Virus record (IMG/VR): IMGVR_UViG_3300031951_000003
Location: 248,001-312,000 of that record
Length of the DNA: 64,000 nucleotides
Reading direction: 5' to 3' (one strand)
Each line of letters opens with the position of its first letter. The first letter of the stretch is position 1. Position numbers and translations under genes: made by a program. A model generated the notes under the pieces. The model searched no databases. It was not told the origin of the DNA and saw only the letters and a program-made list of their open reading frames with translations. This document shows, piece by piece, positions 57,338 through 64,000 of this stretch.

Positions 57338-60187
57338 TTAATCCTGTGCACATTTACAGCTCGCGTTTGAACATTGTTTTGATGAACAAGAGATAAGAGA
57401 ATTATCTACGCTGTCAATACAATAAGCAACTATTGTTGGGTCAGGTCCTGGACTTCCTGAAACGTTGTCTATCATATTACCCGAAGAATTTCCACTTGTT
57501 ATTGTTACGGTTTTATAAAATACCCCATAGTTACTCGTCTCAATCTGAATCGAAAAACTAGTATCAATTGTCACAATGTTTTGCGTAGTAATTACTATGT
57601 CCACTGCGGGTTCACCCAAATTAGTAGTTGGTGTCACAATCAAACTTGTCACAGGATTACAAACAATACTTCCACCATCACTATTATAAACCATCTTGAA
57701 CACATCACCTGCAACAAGATTAATCGGGTTATACATAACAACACTAACACTTTCATTTATTCCCGCAGAACAGAATCCGTTGAAAATACCCGAGCCAACT
57801 TCAACGTCATTCAGCATTGCTTTAACCTCAACATAATAATTGTCGCTTGTTGGTGTTTGGAAGTTTGCCTGCATGTATTGAACATTATTATTTGGGGATA
57901 TACCACACGGATATGTGGATAGTCCTGAATCAATTGTAAGAACACCACCAGTAGGGCTATATCTGAAATTTTGGAAACAACCCACCTTATTTGGTCCTGA
58001 ACAAATTAATCCTCCAACTAATTGATTCATGTTGAGATAAATGTTACCACTTTGAATAACACCTTGACATGTTACACATTCAGGTGTATCAACCTGACCT
58101 TGATAGGTGATTGAGTTGTTATTCACCTGTGTTTTTTCTGTATCACCTACCGCTGAACAACAAGTGCATCCTTTGATGACTACATCAGAAACTTGAAAAG
58201 AAATTGTCTGTTGTAGATTAGTTGTGCAGTTGGACTGAGCTCCAACTTGACCATCGGTTATTGTTAATATCGAAGTAGTAGAACCTGAAACAGTGCTAAA
58301 ATTTGAGAGTTCCAACGAATATTGGTCAGTCTCAGTATCAATTCTTTGTGTCTCGGGATTACAGTTTGGTCTACTTCCAATAACAGTATCTATGTCTGTG
58401 GAGAAAGGTGTCTTTGTTGAACCATTTTGTAGAATAGTAAAGTTGTCTACACAAGTTCCTGTTCCTGGTCCATTGAATGTCTTGATAGATGATGTTGTCA
58501 AATTGAAATTAACCACAACTCCATTAGGTATAGGCGGAACCGAAGTAACATAAAAATATGTTGTTTTCGTTGAAATATTATTTGAAGATACCTCAGTGTT
58601 TAATTGTGGTTGTGTTATAATATTAATTTGATATGTTTGTGGACTTCCCACTGAACTTATTTGAACCGATTGATTAACTATATTATTCGCGGCATCTATA
58701 ACTCTAATATTGTATGTGTTCGGGCAAAGATTTGTAAAAATATTTGAGGTTTGATATGATACCCCGTTATTAATCGAATATTGATATGGTGCTAATCCAA
58801 ATCTCGCACTAACCGTTATTGAACCATCACAGTTCGTTTGGTTGTTGCAAGACGCATCTTGTTTTGTTGTTGTCACTTGAAGTGGTATTATTGTAGGACA
58901 AGAACCTAAAGTTACATTTATAGTATAAGTTTGTGTTCCACCAAGTAAACTCCAACCACCTAAAGGTGGTAATGAAGTGGTTGAGGACGCAAAAATACCT
59001 CCCCCCACAGGGTTTATTGGTGTTATCAAATCTGAACCAACAAGTTCCCATCTTGTTCCTTTCCACACAATGTTCTGTGAATTACTACTTGTCCATCTTG
59101 GTTTACCATTAGACGTTCCATTTTGACTGAACGTTGTTGGTCCTACAACGTTAGAATTGTTGTATGCCAAGAAACAAATGTTGGCGTAAACTGGTGGAGG
59201 TGTTGTGGATGGCGTTACAGTTGGGGATGGAGTTGGACTTGCTGTCGGTAAAAGTATGGAGCAAACTGTGTTTGCAGTATAGTCACCGTAATAATCAACA
59301 ACGGTAACAGGATAATAACCAGGTCCTATGTTAGTTAAAGTTCTTGTTCTTTGACCATTTGCCCAATAAATTGAATACGGACTTGTTCCTCCTGTGATGT
59401 TCAAAGTGAGAATCCCATCATATGATTCTGAGTTTGAAGGCATTTTGAGAAGATTACAATTCACACCCAAATCGAAAAGGGTAAACGGTTCACAATTGTT
59501 TTTCGGACGATAAACTGGTGTTGGGTTAGGTGTTGGTGTTTGACTTGGTGTTACATTTGGTGTCAGACTTGGCGTTTGAGTAGGGGTCGGTGTAGTTGTG
59601 AGAGTAGTTGTTGGTGAGGCTGTTTGTGTTGGTGTTGGGGTCAGGCACGCTGTGGTTGCAGGCTCGTTCAATAAAACTACACCACTATAAACTTGAGTAT
59701 AATCTAACGAAACAAGGACTTCAAAACTTTCACCTTTTTGGAAATTACCACAACAATCTGTATACCAAAATATTCCAGTTGTATAAGCACTTCCACACAC
59801 TATTGGGGTGGATGATGGGGTCTGCGTTGGTGTAGGGGTATTAGTGGGAGTTTTGGTAGGGGTCGGTGTTTGGGTTGGAGTTTTAGTTTGCGTAATAGTT
59901 TGTGTTGGTGTTGGTGGTGGGGTTTGAGATTGGGTTGGCGGGGGGGTTTGAGTCGGTGTTTGTGTAGGGGTTTGGCTCGAAGAAGGAATAGGGGGCGTGG
60001 GACAAGCACCGAGAACTGTGAGTATTATGAACTCACCTGGAGCTTGACCTGGCACAGTATAGGAACAAACAGTTATTGTGCCGCTCGGTGGAATTGTAGG
60101 AATAGGATTCAATTCACAGTCAAACCCTATAGGAGTTGCAGGTAAAATTGCGGACCCATTTGTTATTTGATAGTTAATACAAGCCAT
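57338..60187 (-). CDS. Pro/Thr-rich, Cys-rich tail/surface protein with two SprB-like repeats
   Basis: DGILTLNITGGTSPYSIYWANG...GPGYYPVTVVD and DGSITVSA..GLAPYQYSINNG...FTNLCPNTYNIRVID. Confidence 0.75.
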   Translation of the reverse strand: MACINYQITNGSAILPATPIGFDCELNPIPTIPPSGTITVCSYTVPGQAPGEFIILTVLGACPTPPIPSSSQTPTQTPTQTPPPTQSQTPPPTPTQTITQTKTPTQTPTPTKTPTNTPTPTQTPSSTPIVCGSAYTTGIFWYTDCCGNFQKGESFEVLVSLDYTQVYSGVVLLNEPATTACLTPTPTQTASPTTTLTTTPTPTQTPSLTPNVTPSQTPTPNPTPVYRPKNNCEPFTLFDLGVNCNLLKMPSNSESYDGILTLNITGGTSPYSIYWANGQRTRTLTNIGPGYYPVTVVDYYGDYTANTVCSILLPTASPTPSPTVTPSTTPPPVYANICFLAYNNSNVVGPTTFSQNGTSNGKPRWTSSNSQNIVWKGTRWELVGSDLITPINPVGGGIFASSTTSLPPLGGWSLLGGTQTYTINVTLGSCPTIIPLQVTTTKQDASCNNQTNCDGSITVSARFGLAPYQYSINNGVSYQTSNIFTNLCPNTYNIRVIDAANNIVNQSVQISSVGSPQTYQINIITQPQLNTEVSSNNISTKTTYFYVTSVPPIPNGVVVNFNLTTSSIKTFNGPGTGTCVDNFTILQNGSTKTPFSTDIDTVIGSRPNCNPETQRIDTETDQYSLELSNFSTVSGSTTSILTITDGQVGAQSNCTTNLQQTISFQVSDVVIKGCTCCSAVGDTEKTQVNNNSITYQGQVDTPECVTCQGVIQSGNIYLNMNQLVGGLICSGPNKVGCFQNFRYSPTGGVLTIDSGLSTYPCGISPNNNVQYMQANFQTPTSDNYYVEVKAMLNDVEVGSGIFNGFCSAGINESVSVVMYNPINLVAGDVFKMVYNSDGGSIVCNPVTSLIVTPTTNLGEPAVDIVITTQNIVTIDTSFSIQIETSNYGVFYKTVTITSGNSSGNMIDNVSGSPGPDPTIVAYCIDSVDNSLISCSSKQCSNASCKCAQD

Positions 60188-60218
60188 TAATTTATAATTA
60201 TCTTTTCCATTTTTTTAT

Positions 60219-61559
60219 TTATGAACATCCACCACAATCTACGCTATCAGTGCAAATAGTTACACTACTACAAGGTTGAATTGATGTAACCCCACCTGAA
60301 AAATCACCCGACCCAGCTCGGATGCACCTTTCGACTTTTGAACCTGCAGAAAGTGGTTCACCAACTACTGAACCATCACATAAAGTATATTGTATTGTTG
60401 AACCCACAACATCTTGATTTTCAAAGTAATAACACAAACATGGACAAACATAAGTTCCACAAGAGCTTATATCATCGAAATTAGTTATTGCCACTACAAC
60501 ACCATTTAAGATTTCCATAACATAAAGTGGTGGTGACGATATATCAGGATTTGCTGGATACGTAGATGGTCCGTATACATATTTTCCTGTAAGAGTTGTG
60601 TTTACAAAAAATATTCCAAAAAGATTATAATATAATTGACTGCCAGGTCCTAAAGTAGTTGAAGAATTGTAATAATACCCTGCGTTTCCATCTACCTCAA
60701 CTAATGGGTCGAAAGCTTCTATAAAATCACATTTCACTTCTTCTTTTGTTTTTGATGTCCAATTTATTTCTGACCCACATATAGTTGCCCCATATGATAA
60801 AAGAAACTCAACAAATGAAGGTGTAACCGTTGGCGTTTGTGAAGGGGTTTCTGTTTGGGTAGGAGTTTGAGGAGGTGTTTCAGATTGGGTAGGAGTTTGG
60901 GTTTGGGATGGAGTTTGAGTTTGTGTTGGTGTCGATGGAACACAAAGTGAAAAAGATACTATTTTACCTTGGGAATCAATTACCACTTGATATAATGTTC
61001 CTCCGAAAGAAATGATATATGTGTTCCCACCCCCATTCAAAGGGTTATATAATACCCCGTTTAGAAGTGTTTGGTAAATTGTGGCACCTACAACAGGGAC
61101 TAAATTTGCCTCTGAAATGTATGTATAATAACCTGTTAGATTGAGTGGTGATGAACAACTATCAGCTGTCGGGTGAAAAACAACAAGAGGTGTTGCGGTT
61201 GGTGTTGATGATATAGTTGCTGTATTCGAGGTAGTGGGTGAATTTGTTGGTGTCATGGATGGCGTTTGGGTTGGTGACAAGGTAGGTGAATACGACGGGG
61301 TTGGTGTCATGGTTGGGGTTTTAGTGACATTTGGTGTTGGTGTGGGAGTTATATCTATAGGAATCTCATCAATACAACCTTGGGTATCTTCAATTTTAAT
61401 AACAATTGTTGATTCACTATATGGTGATGGGACATAGAATGAGAATGGAAATGTTGCAACCGACGCAACAAATTGACAGTCGCCACCACCCGAGTTACAA
61501 TAATATATGTCAACTGGTGTATTTGCAGTTACAGATTGGATAGTTACAAATTGACTCAT
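60219..61559 (-). CDS. Pro/Thr-rich, Cys-rich tail/surface protein
   Basis: TPT linkers; N-terminal domain paralogous to 61556-61774; start revised to 61559. Confidence 0.75.
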   Translation of the reverse strand: MSQFVTIQSVTANTPVDIYYCNSGGGDCQFVASVATFPFSFYVPSPYSESTIVIKIEDTQGCIDEIPIDITPTPTPNVTKTPTMTPTPSYSPTLSPTQTPSMTPTNSPTTSNTATISSTPTATPLVVFHPTADSCSSPLNLTGYYTYISEANLVPVVGATIYQTLLNGVLYNPLNGGGNTYIISFGGTLYQVVIDSQGKIVSFSLCVPSTPTQTQTPSQTQTPTQSETPPQTPTQTETPSQTPTVTPSFVEFLLSYGATICGSEINWTSKTKEEVKCDFIEAFDPLVEVDGNAGYYYNSSTTLGPGSQLYYNLFGIFFVNTTLTGKYVYGPSTYPANPDISSPPLYVMEILNGVVVAITNFDDISSCGTYVCPCLCYYFENQDVVGSTIQYTLCDGSVVGEPLSAGSKVERCIRAGSGDFSGGVTSIQPCSSVTICTDSVDCGGCS

Positions 61560-61774
61560 GCTACATAAGTTACTCCTGAGATTATGCAATTCTGCGAATC
61601 AATTACTTTCAACATGTAAGCCAGTCCAGTATCATATGGTTGTGGTATATCAAAATCATATGGAAGAGTTGTTATAGTATTAATATAAAAGCAACCACTA
61701 CCGTTTGGTTGACAGATATAAATGTCAAATGGTGATTGTCCTGTTATACCATTTATTGTAACTTGAACTGCCAT
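61556..61774 (-). CDS. small beta-rich structural module
   Basis: VTINGITGQSPFDIYIC...C...LPYDF.IP.PY...KVIDSQNC. Confidence 0.75.
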   Translation of the reverse strand: MAVQVTINGITGQSPFDIYICQPNGSGCFYINTITTLPYDFDIPQPYDTGLAYMLKVIDSQNCIISGVTYVA

Positions 61775-61775
61775 C

Positions 61776-64000
61776 TTATGTTGTTCGTTTTATAAAAATT
61801 TTATACAAAGTTCCTGTCACTGATGGGAAAACAATTGTGTAACATCCTACAAGAGGTTTGTAATTGAATGGTGGATTTGTAAGTTGAACTGAATTCAACA
61901 CGAAACCGCCATACTTGTTACATTCAACAACTTTTGTTGTTTGTGAGTTACCTGAAAGGAGATACCAAGTTCCACTGACATCAACAAACCCACATTGTGC
62001 ACCGTAACGAATGTATTGTCCGAATTCATTACCAATATCAAACGGAAGGGTGGTTAGGTTAATTTCATCAGGTGTGCTAGATAAGACGAAGTTCATATTA
62101 TAAGTTCCGTCTCCATTATTTTCCAAACTTACATTCAAATAAACCTCAACTTCATCAACACTACTCAAACACGTATCACAACTCAAATAGGTTTTATCAG
62201 GTGCTGAAGCAAAGTAATCTCCATCGAATCTTTGTGAGGTTGCAATTTTGATAGGTGCAAAATAATTACAATCAAATTCACCCTCATAGGTCCAACAATT
62301 TCCATCAGCATCTTTAAATTGTCTTCCAACTGTAGTCTGTATTGGTGATTGTTGTGTTTGAATCATATATGTTCTGACTGTATTTGGACTAATTGGAATA
62401 CAACTTGAATAAACATATACCAAACAAGGGGTTTCACTTGGCGTTGGGGTCATCGTTGAAGTAGGACTATAAGACGGTGTTTGTGATGGAGTCTGAGTTT
62501 GGGTTGGCGTTGATGAATAACTTGGCCTTGGTGTTGCTGTTGGTGTAAGACCAGGAGTTGTTGTCTGTGTTGGAGTTGGCGTGAATGTAGGAGTCGAGGA
62601 CGAAGTTTGTGTCGGCGTAATTGTCATCGTTGGTGTTGATGTAGGTGTTGATGTTATCGTCGTTGAAGGTGATGGTGAAGGGACTGTTGAACATTTCGAA
62701 CAATCGTTTCCAAAAATATCAATTATCGAGTCTACGTTCGTGTTAGATGATAAGTTTGAATCATCCCTCAAATACTTCAAGCAAAGAATTGTTTCATTAA
62801 TAACCGCCGAGAATACCATCTCAGTTTGGATTGGAATTTCCTCAAACACAAGTGGGTCAGAAGTGTAGAAATAATTTTCAGTTCCACATTGATTCAATAC
62901 CTTAACCGAAACACAACTGAATGTTTCTTCAAATATATTGAAGGTAACTTGTCCATCCGCAGGAACTGTTCTTGTCAGTGTTATCGTTGGTGTGTTTGAA
63001 GGGGTTGGGGTTGAATCAGGAACATAATTAATCTCAAAGTCGACACTTTTCCCAAGACATATCAATCCTGTTGGTGATGGAGTTGGCGTTACACCTATGG
63101 AAGTGAAAATGAAATTCACATCGTCACAAGGAACTGACGGACTTGGTGTTGGGACTGGTTCCCAATCACAGTCAAAGTATGCATTGAAATCGAAGGTGTC
63201 ACAATTTATTGGCGTTGGAGTTGGAGTTGGACAAACTCCTGGTTCAAAAGAACCGAAAGATATATCAGGACACGCAGAGTAACATGGAGACGAGCCCTTC
63301 AATAAACAAGTCCCACCGAGAGAGGTGCTCAGACACCAATAACTCTCAGTAACTGATGTAAAATAATAAATGTAACCCAAGCTGACGCTTCCACCAGAAT
63401 AGGAGATTCTACCATTATAAGTTGCACCTGAAACGTAAAGTCCATTGTAATTCAACAAAGAAGGTAGGGTTGTAGTAAAGCAAAATTCACCCGAATCACA
63501 AGCCGCTGGTGTCGAAGATACTGTCGGAGTGTTTGTTGGTGTTGAATACGGGGTTGGCGTTGGTGTGTTCAATAGACAAGCTCTACAACTACCCCAATCA
63601 GGTGCACCCAAATCAGGTCCACCAGGACCTGAAAACTCTTCGAATCTATAACATCTATTGTTATATTCATAAACCGCTCCTTGATAAGCGGTATCTTCAT
63701 CAACATTGGCATAAAATATTTCTTCAGTGGAACAGTCAATCAATAATGCAGCAACACTCGCAACTCTTGGACAAAGTGTAGAACCGCAACCTGTTACATT
63801 TGTAAATGTAACCGATGTTCCATCATATATTGGACCACTTCCCGAATCAACAACTGTCGCACATCCTTCATATTCTGTAGAACCTGTGATAAGATAGACA
63901 TCGTCAACCACAACTGCAACTGGTAAATCCTCAAATCTGAATAAAGTCCCTGAAACACAATCACGGAACCCTATTAGGTTTTGTGTCGGTGTTTGAGTGT
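61776..64000 (-). CDS. Pro/Thr-rich, Cys-rich tail/surface protein (5'-partial)
   Basis: Frame stays open from 63911 to the window end; TPT linkers with Cys modules. Confidence 0.8.
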   Translation of the reverse strand, partial: TQTPTQNLIGFRDCVSGTLFRFEDLPVAVVVDDVYLITGSTEYEGCATVVDSGSGPIYDGTSVTFTNVTGCGSTLCPRVASVAALLIDCSTEEIFYANVDEDTAYQGAVYEYNNRCYRFEEFSGPGGPDLGAPDWGSCRACLLNTPTPTPYSTPTNTPTVSSTPAACDSGEFCFTTTLPSLLNYNGLYVSGATYNGRISYSGGSVSLGYIYYFTSVTESYWCLSTSLGGTCLLKGSSPCYSACPDISFGSFEPGVCPTPTPTPINCDTFDFNAYFDCDWEPVPTPSPSVPCDDVNFIFTSIGVTPTPSPTGLICLGKSVDFEINYVPDSTPTPSNTPTITLTRTVPADGQVTFNIFEETFSCVSVKVLNQCGTENYFYTSDPLVFEEIPIQTEMVFSAVINETILCLKYLRDDSNLSSNTNVDSIIDIFGNDCSKCSTVPSPSPSTTITSTPTSTPTMTITPTQTSSSTPTFTPTPTQTTTPGLTPTATPRPSYSSTPTQTQTPSQTPSYSPTSTMTPTPSETPCLVYVYSSCIPISPNTVRTYMIQTQQSPIQTTVGRQFKDADGNCWTYEGEFDCNYFAPIKIATSQRFDGDYFASAPDKTYLSCDTCLSSVDEVEVYLNVSLENNGDGTYNMNFVLSSTPDEINLTTLPFDIGNEFGQYIRYGAQCGFVDVSGTWYLLSGNSQTTKVVECNKYGGFVLNSVQLTNPPFNYKPLVGCYTIVFPSVTGTLYKIFIKRTT

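Noticed and set aside
2558-61589. Track start codons at 2558, 6797(+), 13249, 17091, 31749, 36760, 41184, 46148 and 61589
   Set aside because: Downstream ATGs fit the promoter boxes, coupling to neighbouring genes or family N-termini better, so the starts were revised
1-64000. Stop-codon reassignment
   Set aside because: Conserved genes are full length under code 11, and TAA, TAG and TGA all appear as plausible stops

Overview
64-kb segment of an AT-rich, gene-dense large (jumbo-type) tailed phage genome read in genetic code 11. The host is most likely a Bacteroidota bacterium: there are repeated TTTG-N18-20-TAnnTTTG host promoters, a Bacteroidota-type primary sigma factor, an Hc1-like protein, SprB repeats and a signal peptide cleaved before Gln. 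Contents: (1) a 1.6-kb non-coding RNA locus (4.7-6.2 kb) with three tandem host promoters each followed by a boxA-like site, an aberrant tRNA(CAT) and a ~820-nt highly structured, probably GOLLD-like RNA; (2) a 32-nt element made only of the two ends of a tmRNA; (3) three tandem, length-matched Gly-X-Y collagen genes, each with an autocleaving chaperone (candidate 1:1:1 heterotrimeric phage collagen); (4) many probable head-packaged late proteins sharing a TATTTAT promoter and N-terminal (I/L)xE motifs; (5) replication, recombination and modification genes (primase, SbcCD, RuvC-like, PD-(D/E)xK nuclease, three DNA methyltransferases, a probable R-M pair, a pyrimidine-dimer glycosylase); (6) host-like accessory genes (DnaJ, thioredoxin, glutaredoxin, Nudix, APS kinase plus nucleotidyltransferase, a MetK-like remnant); (7) large Pro/Thr- and Cys-rich tail/surface proteins. 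All family calls come from motifs recognised by eye; no searches were run.
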